Sequence record: NC_070650.1
Length of the DNA stretch: 64,000 nt
Reading direction: 5' to 3' (one strand)
How positions within the stretch are numbered: position 1 is the stretch's first letter; each line of letters begins with the position of its first letter. The notes beneath the pieces were generated by a model. That model was not told the DNA's origin and did not search any database. It saw only the letters and a list, made by a program, of their open reading frames with translations. Made by a program: the position numbers and the translations under genes. Shown here in pieces: positions 29,353 through 39,640 of this stretch.

Positions 29353-29385
29353 AAGGGAGGGCGAAAGCCCTCCCAATATGTTGTT
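29347..29385. terminator. Bidirectional terminator; copy of dispersed hairpin element (reverse orientation)
   Basis: GCATAAAA-GGGAGGGC-GAAA-GCCCTCCC-AATATGTTGTT; both flanking genes' stop codons touch the element. Confidence 0.85.
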
Positions 29386-31510
29386 AATTTTTATTTGATT
29401 GTCTGGACAGGGCCTGTATAAAACGACCAGGTATATTGTTAAATGCCGCCGTGGCAAAATGAGCTACAGAGAAATAACTATCGAAATCCAACTGCGCATT
29501 TTTCCATCTGCGGGATAGGGTTTCAAATTTATACGTCCGGTCAGCCAACGATACTGATGACAGTGTGGCTAAATAATCAGAATAAGTGGTGTCATCCCCA
29601 AAGAAATACCGAAGAGTATTATCCAGCGTTTCTAAAGGGTTCAGTGATGCTGCCGACATCAAACCTTGAACTATAGGCATGTGCATGATGCTAGATAAAT
29701 CAGCAACAGAAAAACTGACATCAATGCCCAAGGGTTCGCCATTCTGAGTCCACCCAACATTACCAACGCCTCGTGTAATCTCTAAAGAATCAATTACGCC
29801 GTAACGTACCTGTTGCCGTCCCTGATAAAACAACTCACACATGAATGGTCGGTCATAAGACGATGGACCTGTGGAACGAGGTAACGCCCCACATAACAGA
29901 CCGGCGAGAGGAACAAATAAATTCTGAAATCTAGAATATTTATCTCCCGACCACGAACGCAATTGAATTTGAAAATTCGCTTTAGGCAAATTGACGATCG
30001 TTGATTCCCAATCCTTAGGCAAGTCAGCTAAGCCGTTACCAATCAGCACCCCCAACCCACCAACACCTATCGCTGAAGCACCACCCTGGATGAAATCACC
30101 TACTGCCCCGACTATCCCTTCTACGGTGTTTGCGATTGCCCCGTCACCTAAGTTACCCCCGGCAACGTTGAATTGGAATTTCCGCTTAGCAGAAGAAGCT
30201 GAGTTAATAGCGGAAGCCAAACCCGATTCAGATACGGAAGTCGATATCGATTCTGAAATGGTGCCGATATTCTCCACTCGATAGGTAATCCATGCAGAAC
30301 CTTCCCGAGCTTCAGCTTGTAAGTGTTCAAATACCCCACGTACCCCAGAACCCACATCGGGATCTGCAGTGGTCGTTGATTGACCCCCCCACCACGAACC
30401 GGCCTGTTCTGGCGCCTCATTAGTGGCAGTATTCTGTTCCCCAGGTTTGGTACCCGTAGTAGCAACAGTCGTTCCGGCAGAATCAGTGGAGAAGTCCGCA
30501 CCGGATGTGGAGGTACTGCTGGTTGAGAGGTTAGCCGTTTCAGCACCCTCAGCACCCATGTTAGTACTTAAGTAATCTTCAACATAAGCCTGAAGAGTTC
30601 TCGAACTACCCACGCCGTCGGTTAAATCAATCTTGGTTCTTCCTTCATCAATTGCTTTTAACTTGTTACTTAAATCAGAGGCCGATGATGCGGCATCCAG
30701 TACTTCACCCATTTTGCGATAATACCGGTCGGCGTACATCTGTGCTCTGCGTGATACCGCGTAAATGTTAACCCCGGCATAACCTTCATTGGTTGATGTC
30801 CAGTTTTGAGGTAACATTCTTTTGACAATATCATTTTGGGAGGTTGGAATATAGCTGGTATTTTGAGCGCTCTGAGCGGCTGATAAGTTATCGTAACGGT
30901 CCATCTGTGGGGCCAAAGCGATACCTATGTTTGCCGCCAACGTGTTTAGCATCGCCTGATATGCGTTCCAATATAGTGGCATGGTTGGTTTTAAATACGC
31001 AAAACGAGATGCTGGCGCACCAACCCAATAGCGAATTAATCCCGCCGCAGTGTTGATCAATTGGACGGGTAATGATAATACAGACCCAGTAAAATAACCG
31101 AGTTTCCACATCAGCCCTTTATCACGCCCTTTCCTTACAAGTGAGCTGAGGTTGGCATCGTAGAAAGAGCCGAAAAAACCAGTTAACGAGTTATATTCAG
31201 GAACTCCGAATCGCAAATGGACTCGTTGTTGGTTATCATCGAATACTTCAGAATAAAACCTTCCCTGCCCATTACCTATGCCGAACAGATTTTTTACTTT
31301 ACGGTCAGCATAGCGAGTAAATTGTGGAAGCGGGTTAATGACCAACGCCTCCCCAAGTCCTGTGGCTGTATATTTCCATTTTGCGGTGGTGTAAAAACGC
31401 CGCTTTGCGTCTTCCTCATCTATGGCTTTTTTAGGGAGCATGAAGCTCTGACGAATCCAGTCGGAATCAGAATAATTAAGCAAAGACGACGCGCTGCTGG
31501 TACTTGCCAT
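29384..31510 (-). CDS. Baseplate hub/tail-tube-initiator-like protein (phiKZ gp182-like)
   Basis: KYTATGLG...INPLPQFTRYAD, GQGRFYSEVFDDN, FGVPEYNSL, ITRGVGNVGW motifs; follows tape-measure gene. Confidence 0.7.
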   Translation of the reverse strand: MASTSSASSLLNYSDSDWIRQSFMLPKKAIDEEDAKRRFYTTAKWKYTATGLGEALVINPLPQFTRYADRKVKNLFGIGNGQGRFYSEVFDDNQQRVHLRFGVPEYNSLTGFFGSFYDANLSSLVRKGRDKGLMWKLGYFTGSVLSLPVQLINTAAGLIRYWVGAPASRFAYLKPTMPLYWNAYQAMLNTLAANIGIALAPQMDRYDNLSAAQSAQNTSYIPTSQNDIVKRMLPQNWTSTNEGYAGVNIYAVSRRAQMYADRYYRKMGEVLDAASSASDLSNKLKAIDEGRTKIDLTDGVGSSRTLQAYVEDYLSTNMGAEGAETANLSTSSTSTSGADFSTDSAGTTVATTGTKPGEQNTATNEAPEQAGSWWGGQSTTTADPDVGSGVRGVFEHLQAEAREGSAWITYRVENIGTISESISTSVSESGLASAINSASSAKRKFQFNVAGGNLGDGAIANTVEGIVGAVGDFIQGGASAIGVGGLGVLIGNGLADLPKDWESTIVNLPKANFQIQLRSWSGDKYSRFQNLFVPLAGLLCGALPRSTGPSSYDRPFMCELFYQGRQQVRYGVIDSLEITRGVGNVGWTQNGEPLGIDVSFSVADLSSIMHMPIVQGLMSAASLNPLETLDNTLRYFFGDDTTYSDYLATLSSVSLADRTYKFETLSRRWKNAQLDFDSYFSVAHFATAAFNNIPGRFIQALSRQSNKN

Positions 31511-31529
31511 GATTGAGCCTCACGTTAAT

Positions 31530-31553
31530 TGGAGGGCGGATACCCGCCCTCCA
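31530..31553 (-). terminator. Hairpin terminator after tape-measure gene
   Basis: TGGAGGGCGG-ATAC-CCGCCCTCCA. Confidence 0.65.
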
Positions 31554-31555
31554 GG

Positions 31556-34500
31556 TTATTTATTTACTGTTCTTTTCATTGAAACTGGAAACGATAGCTT
31601 GCCAACCCCAGGGTCGCTTTGTCGTGCTGCTTGACTTTGCGCCTCCGCCGGGTTGTTAGAATCATTCCCACTACCACCACCTAACCCACCCGGATTATCG
31701 GCGAACATTTTCAGCAATTGCTTTAATGATGCCGACATTTCCTGCTGAACCGCTAACTGTTGTTTGCTAACGTCCAACAGATCGTTAGATGCAGTCATCC
31801 GAGAAGTAGTGGCATCGTCATTTGCTTTGGCTTGTACTGCCGCCGCTGCAGGTTGAGATGGCGCACCACTAGGTGCCGGGATTGGTGTAGTGGTTCCCGC
31901 AGATGTTTGGGTTTTCGGTTGAGTCGCTGGGGTACCCATATCCCCCACATTACTGACTCCAGCCGCCGCAGCTTGGTCCAGGGTATTCTGATAAGCTGCT
32001 GACCCATCATCCGGAGACGCCCGACTACCGCTAGGAGCGGCCATCGACGTAACTCCGCCACTAGGAGTCGTTGTGGTTCCAGGTCCGCCATTCTGAGTTG
32101 CGCCATCAGGGTCATTAGCCGCTGCTGGGGTGGAAGAACCACCGGCTATTGTTTTAGCCTCAGAAATGTATTTACCGTTATCTACCTCTATCCGTTTGTT
32201 GGCCCAAGAAACAATTTCACCTACAGTCCTAGGCCTACCCCCAGCATAAAACACCGTAGCATTTGCTTTGGCTTGGGCTGGAGTTACATGCATGATTGCA
32301 GAATCACCTGATGGTGCGGACAGTAATTTCACAGCACCGCCACTCCCTAAGAAGTGAGCTAAATACAAATCCGTTGCCGTGACTTTACGGCCAAGCTTAC
32401 CTTCCAGATAGGCCTGGTTTTCTTTCATGTATTCCGCTGCCATCAACGCGTTAGCGCGAGGGTCATTTGGTGATGCATTAGCCGGTATCCCGTACTTCGA
32501 ACCATATTTGGATACCATTGCTTTCCATGTAGAGGAGATAAACTGATATAGACCTTGAGCGGAACTAGTCCCAGGAGTAGCAACTGGATTGAAGTTAGAT
32601 TCCACCCCAGCCATTGCAGCCATTAGTCCTGGGTCGACCCCAGTCATTTTAGCCGCAGCGACAATGGTTGCCTTCATGGCATCCCACCCTTTGCCTGACG
32701 GCGCAGGAATGTCATTTACGCTACCACCAGTACCTTTACCGTACTCAATTGCAGAACCCATCCCACCGACTGGGCTACCACCACCCAAACGACCCCCAGG
32801 ATACATCCCAGATCGATCGATTCCACCGGGTAGATCGTTCCCACCACCCATTCCGTAAGTGATCGGCGCACCATTGCGGTTATTGCTACCACCATTGTAA
32901 CCAGCGGCGGCCAAATTACTACCACTGGTACCACTCCCAGCCCCATTACGACCAGTAACCTGATTTTCCTTATAAACGTCGTCACGGATTTGGTTACGCA
33001 ACGATAACAGGTTTTGATCGATGGTGGAGACATCGGTGTTAGCTTCAATGCCGATAAACGGCGATATTTTAACTAACCAAACTGAGATGGGTCGTTCGCT
33101 GGAATCTTTGTACGTTACCCCTTTCAACAGTTCACATATACCCAGCATGTCCGATGCTTTCAAATATTTCCAGGCCATGCCAGGAGCCATGGCTCGGTTG
33201 ACCGCAAAGCACGCAGATACGAACTGGGAATAAACTGGTAAGAAACGTTGATTAAACCAAACCAACCAGTCTTGTTTCTGTTGTTGGTCCGCAGGATTTC
33301 GCCCAAATATACCGGCATTCGCTGCGTAGATTTCTTCTGGTGATACGGAAAGAGTAACTTCACCCTTACCACTCACTTTTAGATAATCATAAACGTGCAT
33401 TTCTAGCGTGGTCAAGGCGTTAACCATGTTGACGTCAAGCGTATTTAGCCCGTATACTTTCATACGAACCGCAGTCAAGTCATCAATCATTCGGTTATTT
33501 TGCGGAGACCAATCTTTCACCGTAATTCTGGAATCAAAACTTCCGCCAGCAGTGCCCGGGGAAAGATAAACATCAGTTGATTTTTCAAATTTACCTGCGG
33601 GTTGTGGTTCTGGTCCTTTGGGTTTTGCTGCTTCCGGTGTCTTCATCCAAGGTGGTGCTGCAGCATTAATCATATTCTGCGCCGCCGCCGATTGCGGGGT
33701 TTTATATTCGTCCGCATTGTATTTGGGAATAACCCGTTTCCATTTGAATCGAATATCTGCAATCTCAGCATCGATGATTTTGGTCCCCGTCATCAGTGGA
33801 TTATCTCCCCACGGTTGACGACTATACCCATAAGGGTTGTTAGGGTCACCATCATTAAACCGACTCGCCTCGGCGAAATCTACCCGTTTGCCTTTCTCCA
33901 ATTTATCGTCGACTTCTAATAAATTGACGCTAGGCTCGAGCTGATTCAAAACACCCACATTGCGTAAAAATACTGGCCGGAAACGTGCCATGTACCATTC
34001 TGAGAACTTACGTTGTTCCGCAGGGTCACCGCTAACTTCCGCGCGTTTCAATAATTCCTCAGGATTGAATTTACCAATAGAAGCTTTACCGGCAGATGCA
34101 GTGGTGTATTGTAGTAAGAATCCTTCTATTTCCAAAACACGTTTTAAATCACTTGCGCTACTTGGGTCAAAACCATATTCCGCAAGACGCAATCTCTGCA
34201 GTGGTTGTGGGCGTTCCTTGAAATATTTGTAGGCAAAATACCCGGCAGCACCGATGGCCGCAACTCCAGCCACCACGGCAACCACTGGCGCACTAATCGC
34301 AGCGCCAATCGCAGCAATCCCCTCTCCAATAAATGGAAGTAGTGTAGTGCCGCCATATTTAGCTGCCGTAAGTGCACCGCGCCCAAGAAGCTTACCACCT
34401 TTCACCGCCACTCTAGCAGCTTTGCGTAATAAACCCCCTTTCCCTCTACCACCACCCGCTGCATCGCCTAGAGCATCAGCCACATCCAATGCAGCGCCCG

Positions 34501-37500
34501 CCGCTTTATTCGCAAACAGCGATGTTAATTTCCCTTTAAGCCATGCGAACCCAGACATGACAGCACCACCAAACATCATCATGTATTTCAATAATGGATT
34601 GCTATCGGATGCTTTCTCAATGTCTTTTTTGACTTCTTTAGGTGATTTACGGCGGTTGGCAAATTGTTCCTGCCAAGAGCCTCTACGGAATGATTTTGCT
34701 CCAGGAAGCCTATCATCCAGTAAATGATAAATGGCTTCCAACCCCGACATAATCGTTGCGGTACCATTATCTTTCATCCCCATGGATGAGGAGAAGTTAA
34801 TCCCTCTGGTGACAGCATTCCATCCCGCAGAAAGCAGGCGCTTAACGCCACGTCCAGCAGACTTTGTTTTCTCCCAAACATAGCTACCCGCTTTACGTGC
34901 CAGGTTTAATGCACCCCCCACAAGACCAAATGCAGATCCAGCCATCCGGAGAAGCTTACCACCCAACCCGGTAATTTGCCTACCGCGGTTGTCGACCAAT
35001 CCCTTATTGATGTCGTCACTGGATAAAATCAAGTTCCCCTGATTGTCAATGACTTCACCATCAATATCTCCGGGTTTGTTGATAGTCCGTAAGGTAGCTT
35101 TGGAGCGATAGCCCCCCCGCCGCATGATAACCGCTAAAAGTCTCGGGGTATCTTCTCCTTTAACATAAACGTCTTCGGGTCCGGCGATGATATTGGCTGC
35201 AAGGCCCAATGCCCCACCAACCAGAGATTTTGTTGCCCTGGCAATGTGTAATGGCATTTCAATGTAGGCTTTTATTCCTTTACCTACCGCACCGAGGACC
35301 GTTCTTAAAAGTCCAGTCGGTATGGACCTGCCGCCAGTGGTCAATAAACCATTTTTGATGTCTTCAAGAGTCAGTACTACTTTGCCAGAAGAATCAATAA
35401 CCGCACCTTTAATGTCCGAGAATTTTCTAATGACTTCACCGGTAGCAAAATCACGATATTCCCCGGCCCGCATTTTAGCCGCTGTCAGTGCTGGTTCCAA
35501 TTGCCCCTTAACATAAACATCAAAAAGTTCTTTGGTTTTACCAAACAAAGACGAACCCAGACCCAACACACCTCGACCCATTGACCCGATGAGCCCAGCG
35601 TAGCCTCGCATAGTGCGCTTACCTAAATTCCACGCACCACTTAGCCCTCGCCGTAATAACCCACCAAAGCCGGATCTAGAACCCCCACCACCACTCTCGT
35701 CAGAACCCCCACCACCCGTCGCACCATTTTCTACTGCGATTGCGATTCTCGTCAGTAGTTCGGTTTGATGGGTATCAACATCAGACGCAGGTCTGTTTCT
35801 TAACAGTAGATCGATGTTGGAGAATTGTTCTTTCAGAAAATCAATTAATCGGTCAGTGTTATTAGTTCCGTTATCGGCACCCCCACCTCCAGTAGGAGGG
35901 GTAGGGATAGGGGGTATGCCATTGGTCCAGCCGGGCGGTTTTGAACCACCACCAGGGGCATTTTTGCGGATACGGTCAATAGTCGGATTCCATCCACCAC
36001 CAGATAAATGTTGTTGGATGAAATCGTAGTTAATGATGTCTTTGGTTGGGTCTTTGGGGTCTCTGACAATAACCCCTAAAGATCTTAAATCCTCTATATT
36101 GCCAGAAGCAATCATTCGATGGATGGTACCATAAACATCAGGCATGCTATCACGTAAAGCACTGAAGCTAGACCGGTCCAAAGTCATTCGGTTATAATGC
36201 TGAGCCTCGGAAATACGATTGCCCGCAGCATCAAACCCATACCGAGAACCCATAAACGTAGCCAGTTCCCGATGCACTTCAGGAGTGCTATTAAAGTTAA
36301 CCCGACCTGTCGCCAGTCTTTCCGGGTTAAAACTTTTACCAGTATCGGCTTCACGAATAAGCGTCGTTCGTAATGCCTGCCTTGCTTCTGGGCTTAACTT
36401 GCCTTCTGGGTCCATTCGATCAATCATGGCATCGGCCGTTGAATTAATCGATTTTACTTTATCCCTATTCAGTATCTGGTACCCGGTTTCTCTTATCCTT
36501 GTGGATTGGGTTTGAAAAGTTTTCCGGTCACTGTTCCAAACCAGTCTCCCAACTTCCCTACCGGTACGGGACGACTCCATCGATTGCAGCATCCGAGATA
36601 GATAACCCAAAACCCCTTCCTGGTATGATGCAGTCCTGGTGGATTCGCCGCCAAGACCAATACCCAGCTGAGCAAGCGGGTCATCATTCATGCTGAGTTT
36701 TTTATCTCGTTCAAACGGGTTGGGTAGCACGGCTCGAAGCAACTGCTTCATTGTGCCTACGGGACCCGTTTCGAAACTGCGGTCATTCTTCAGATCCGCT
36801 AATGTCTCGGCGAGGTTGCCGGCATAATACCCCGACTTAGCTGCGGCATTGGCGACACGGCGGTTGCTGTTCAGGCGACGATTAATAAACCCACCCAACT
36901 TCCTTCCAACTGCTTGAGCACCAAAACGTCCAGCTAATCCAGCCACGCCCAGGTCTTCCTGACCCAACAGTTCATTCATTTCCTGCTGACTAGCATAGGC
37001 GTCCAAACCCATGGTCGCGGTAGACAAGCCAGTAATGAATTGGTCTTTAGCGTTGTTTACTATTTTACCGATATTATCAAAAGTATTATCGATGTAGCTT
37101 CGGAAATAATTCCCAACACCTTGCTGAATGCGACCAAATGTTCTTTGACGGGCCATGTTAATAAATTGTTCACTGGCCTGCATTTTTATGATATCTGGCA
37201 GTCCGGTATTTTTAACGATGGCGTCAAGTTGAGTGTGGGTATCTTTAGCGTAAGCTTCGATCGCTGCTAAAGTGTCACGCTGAGTAAAGTACTGGCGATA
37301 TTGAATCTCCAGCATTTTACGTTGATATTTATTGGTGATGTACCGTTGATATCCCGCCATGGAAGAAACGGCATCAGCAATCACCGCTGTCTGAGACATA
37401 CTGTCTTGGTGACGACGTTCTTCAGTGCGGTCTTTTAGTTGTTCTTTTGCAGCATCCTGGTCCTGGACTCGCGCTTTGTCATAAGCCTCGGCACGGAACG

Positions 37501-37972
37501 TTTCCAAAAGAGCCTGATTAATATCCAATTCCCGAAAATTCGGTTGATTTGGACTAGGCATTCCTTTGGTTTTACCCAGAATTTTATCAATGTTATCGGC
37601 GAGGGTATTATGTCCTTTTTTACGTACATACGGCAGTACTTGGCGAGTAGCGCGATCGAGGTCTCTAACAGCTGGAGCCACGTCTTGCTGAACGCCATTG
37701 TATAGCTCCCGACCCTTTGTGGCCACACGTTTGGACGTGTCGTACGCATCAACAAACCCTTTAGGCATCGCCAATCGCATTAAATGCGAAATAAAGCTTC
37801 TATTGGCTACGGTATTGCGAACACCTTTCAATGCATTCGTAGTTGCCTTTACTACGGGGTTGCGATCTTTTCCGTTTATTTCCGGGTTACTTGTTCTTTG
37901 ACTAGTGTTATCAAAATCGAGATCTAAGTCATCGAATGACAAGTCATCCAGACTCGTTTTCTTTTTTGCCAT
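31556..37972 (-). CDS. Tape-measure protein with C-terminal lytic transglycosylase (phiKZ gp181-like)
   Basis: >2100 aa; SLT motifs MAGVESNFNP and AQGLYQFISSTW, LYLAHFLG near C-terminus; hydrophobic Gly/Ala segments; probable start MAKKK at 37972 (track 37987). Confidence 0.9.
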   Translation of the reverse strand: MAKKKTSLDDLSFDDLDLDFDNTSQRTSNPEINGKDRNPVVKATTNALKGVRNTVANRSFISHLMRLAMPKGFVDAYDTSKRVATKGRELYNGVQQDVAPAVRDLDRATRQVLPYVRKKGHNTLADNIDKILGKTKGMPSPNQPNFRELDINQALLETFRAEAYDKARVQDQDAAKEQLKDRTEERRHQDSMSQTAVIADAVSSMAGYQRYITNKYQRKMLEIQYRQYFTQRDTLAAIEAYAKDTHTQLDAIVKNTGLPDIIKMQASEQFINMARQRTFGRIQQGVGNYFRSYIDNTFDNIGKIVNNAKDQFITGLSTATMGLDAYASQQEMNELLGQEDLGVAGLAGRFGAQAVGRKLGGFINRRLNSNRRVANAAAKSGYYAGNLAETLADLKNDRSFETGPVGTMKQLLRAVLPNPFERDKKLSMNDDPLAQLGIGLGGESTRTASYQEGVLGYLSRMLQSMESSRTGREVGRLVWNSDRKTFQTQSTRIRETGYQILNRDKVKSINSTADAMIDRMDPEGKLSPEARQALRTTLIREADTGKSFNPERLATGRVNFNSTPEVHRELATFMGSRYGFDAAGNRISEAQHYNRMTLDRSSFSALRDSMPDVYGTIHRMIASGNIEDLRSLGVIVRDPKDPTKDIINYDFIQQHLSGGGWNPTIDRIRKNAPGGGSKPPGWTNGIPPIPTPPTGGGGADNGTNNTDRLIDFLKEQFSNIDLLLRNRPASDVDTHQTELLTRIAIAVENGATGGGGSDESGGGGSRSGFGGLLRRGLSGAWNLGKRTMRGYAGLIGSMGRGVLGLGSSLFGKTKELFDVYVKGQLEPALTAAKMRAGEYRDFATGEVIRKFSDIKGAVIDSSGKVVLTLEDIKNGLLTTGGRSIPTGLLRTVLGAVGKGIKAYIEMPLHIARATKSLVGGALGLAANIIAGPEDVYVKGEDTPRLLAVIMRRGGYRSKATLRTINKPGDIDGEVIDNQGNLILSSDDINKGLVDNRGRQITGLGGKLLRMAGSAFGLVGGALNLARKAGSYVWEKTKSAGRGVKRLLSAGWNAVTRGINFSSSMGMKDNGTATIMSGLEAIYHLLDDRLPGAKSFRRGSWQEQFANRRKSPKEVKKDIEKASDSNPLLKYMMMFGGAVMSGFAWLKGKLTSLFANKAAGAALDVADALGDAAGGGRGKGGLLRKAARVAVKGGKLLGRGALTAAKYGGTTLLPFIGEGIAAIGAAISAPVVAVVAGVAAIGAAGYFAYKYFKERPQPLQRLRLAEYGFDPSSASDLKRVLEIEGFLLQYTTASAGKASIGKFNPEELLKRAEVSGDPAEQRKFSEWYMARFRPVFLRNVGVLNQLEPSVNLLEVDDKLEKGKRVDFAEASRFNDGDPNNPYGYSRQPWGDNPLMTGTKIIDAEIADIRFKWKRVIPKYNADEYKTPQSAAAQNMINAAAPPWMKTPEAAKPKGPEPQPAGKFEKSTDVYLSPGTAGGSFDSRITVKDWSPQNNRMIDDLTAVRMKVYGLNTLDVNMVNALTTLEMHVYDYLKVSGKGEVTLSVSPEEIYAANAGIFGRNPADQQQKQDWLVWFNQRFLPVYSQFVSACFAVNRAMAPGMAWKYLKASDMLGICELLKGVTYKDSSERPISVWLVKISPFIGIEANTDVSTIDQNLLSLRNQIRDDVYKENQVTGRNGAGSGTSGSNLAAAGYNGGSNNRNGAPITYGMGGGNDLPGGIDRSGMYPGGRLGGGSPVGGMGSAIEYGKGTGGSVNDIPAPSGKGWDAMKATIVAAAKMTGVDPGLMAAMAGVESNFNPVATPGTSSAQGLYQFISSTWKAMVSKYGSKYGIPANASPNDPRANALMAAEYMKENQAYLEGKLGRKVTATDLYLAHFLGSGGAVKLLSAPSGDSAIMHVTPAQAKANATVFYAGGRPRTVGEIVSWANKRIEVDNGKYISEAKTIAGGSSTPAAANDPDGATQNGGPGTTTTPSGGVTSMAAPSGSRASPDDGSAAYQNTLDQAAAAGVSNVGDMGTPATQPKTQTSAGTTTPIPAPSGAPSQPAAAAVQAKANDDATTSRMTASNDLLDVSKQQLAVQQEMSASLKQLLKMFADNPGGLGGGSGNDSNNPAEAQSQAARQSDPGVGKLSFPVSMKRTVNK

Positions 37973-38015
37973 TTTCGGCTTCCCCACGGTTTATTACTAC
38001 AGGAGATTGACGTCG

Positions 38016-39638
38016 ATGTCCGCTGCGATGCAACCCTTCAACGTCTGGATTCTTACGCCGGACAAAACCACGGTCCGGATGATGAAACCGACTACCTCTC
38101 TCGATATATTCGACGGTAGTACGCAAAACCCTCATCCGGAAGGATTATTCAGCACGGAGATTTACGGTAGGATCGGGGAGGACTCCCGCGATACGCATTT
38201 CTCCTACATCCATTTAGGCGCTCAAATTTTACATCCCCTCGTATTTCGTACATTGGGTAGATTGAAATCGCTATATCGCGACATCTTATTGGGCACACGA
38301 TTTGCCACGTGGGATGATAATGAAAAAGATTTCGTAGTCAGTAACGCCATCCAAGGGCAAACTGGGTATTCTTTTTTCATGTCCCACTACCGCGATTTGG
38401 TATTTAAAACCAATCGTTCTGATTCAAGAAATCAGCGCGTAGAGCTACTGAATAAATTTAGAGAGAAGGCACTCACTGAATACATTCTAGTACTTCCCGC
38501 AGGCATGCGCGATATTGAAGTTGTTGATGGCCGCATCTCCCAGGATGAGATCAATGATTACTACCGAGCCCTCATTCAGGCCTCTAACGTATTTCGTGGC
38601 GTGACTGGAACCAATGAAGACCCGGTGTTTGATAATACCCGCAAATCAGCACAGTTGGCGTTTAACGCCATCTACGATTACCTTGAAAATATGATTCAAG
38701 GCAAAAAAGGATTAATCCAAGCTAAATGGGCACGCCGGTCCGTATTCAATGGTACTCGTAACGTTCTATCCGCAATGGATACCACCGTCGATGTGTTGGG
38801 TAGCACTCGTGCGGTTAAAGCGGTAAATACACAAATCGGATTATATCAATTTATTAAAGCCGTATTGCCCGTAACTCAGTACCAACTGAAAACTGGATTT
38901 TTATCCGAAGTATTTATCGACCAAGAATCACAAGCACGTCTTGTCAATCCGGATACCCTGATGTCTGAGATGGTTGATATTTCGGTAGATTCTCTGGATA
39001 GGTGGAATACGGCGGAAGGTCTGGAAAAAGTAATCAGTAGCTTTGCTAAGCCCTCCATCAGACATAAGCCAATCAAAATAGATGGTTATTATCTCGGATT
39101 AATATACGTAGATAAATACCATTTTAAATTATTCCATGACATCCGCGATTTACCCGAGCATCTTAATAAAGAGAATGTGCGGCCCGTTAGTCTTGCCGAA
39201 CTTATTTATATTAGCTGCCACCAAAGATTCAAAAAAGTGTACGGCTTTATTACCCGCTACCCTATTACTGGTGCTGGTTCTATATATCCTTCATTATTAT
39301 ACTGTTTAACCACAGCCAATGCAACCCGCAAATTACCGTTGGATGAAAACTGGGAAGTCATGCCTACCGAATATGAGGCACTAGAATTCCCCAGCAACAA
39401 TCCAGCAGATACGTGGAACGACACCATGAGCCCCAACCTTCCATTTCTTGCTGGATTGGGCGCGGACTTTGATGGTGATACCGGTTCGGTTACTGCGGTG
39501 TATAGTCCAGAAGCTACGGCAGAATGTGAAAGATATTTAAAAACCAAACAAGCATGGGTAGATGGGAACGGACGTTTATTGATTAACTTGGACTTGCCTG
39601 CCGTTGAGCTGGTATTCCACAACATCACGGGACATTAA
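38016..39638 (+). CDS. Virion RNA polymerase beta' subunit (phiKZ gp180-like)
   Basis: Catalytic GADFDGD motif; HPEGLFSTEIYG, LPAGMRD, KKGLIQAKWARR; AGGAGA RBS before ATG 38016 (track start 37905 overlaps the divergent gene). Confidence 0.92.
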   Translation: MSAAMQPFNVWILTPDKTTVRMMKPTTSLDIFDGSTQNPHPEGLFSTEIYGRIGEDSRDTHFSYIHLGAQILHPLVFRTLGRLKSLYRDILLGTRFATWDDNEKDFVVSNAIQGQTGYSFFMSHYRDLVFKTNRSDSRNQRVELLNKFREKALTEYILVLPAGMRDIEVVDGRISQDEINDYYRALIQASNVFRGVTGTNEDPVFDNTRKSAQLAFNAIYDYLENMIQGKKGLIQAKWARRSVFNGTRNVLSAMDTTVDVLGSTRAVKAVNTQIGLYQFIKAVLPVTQYQLKTGFLSEVFIDQESQARLVNPDTLMSEMVDISVDSLDRWNTAEGLEKVISSFAKPSIRHKPIKIDGYYLGLIYVDKYHFKLFHDIRDLPEHLNKENVRPVSLAELIYISCHQRFKKVYGFITRYPITGAGSIYPSLLYCLTTANATRKLPLDENWEVMPTEYEALEFPSNNPADTWNDTMSPNLPFLAGLGADFDGDTGSVTAVYSPEATAECERYLKTKQAWVDGNGRLLINLDLPAVELVFHNITGH

Positions 39639-39640
39639 GT

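Noticed and set aside
37905-38015. Apparent head-to-head overlap of RNAP beta' ORF with tape-measure gene
   Set aside because: Disappears with RBS-supported starts (38016 + and 37972 -), leaving a 43-bp divergent gap
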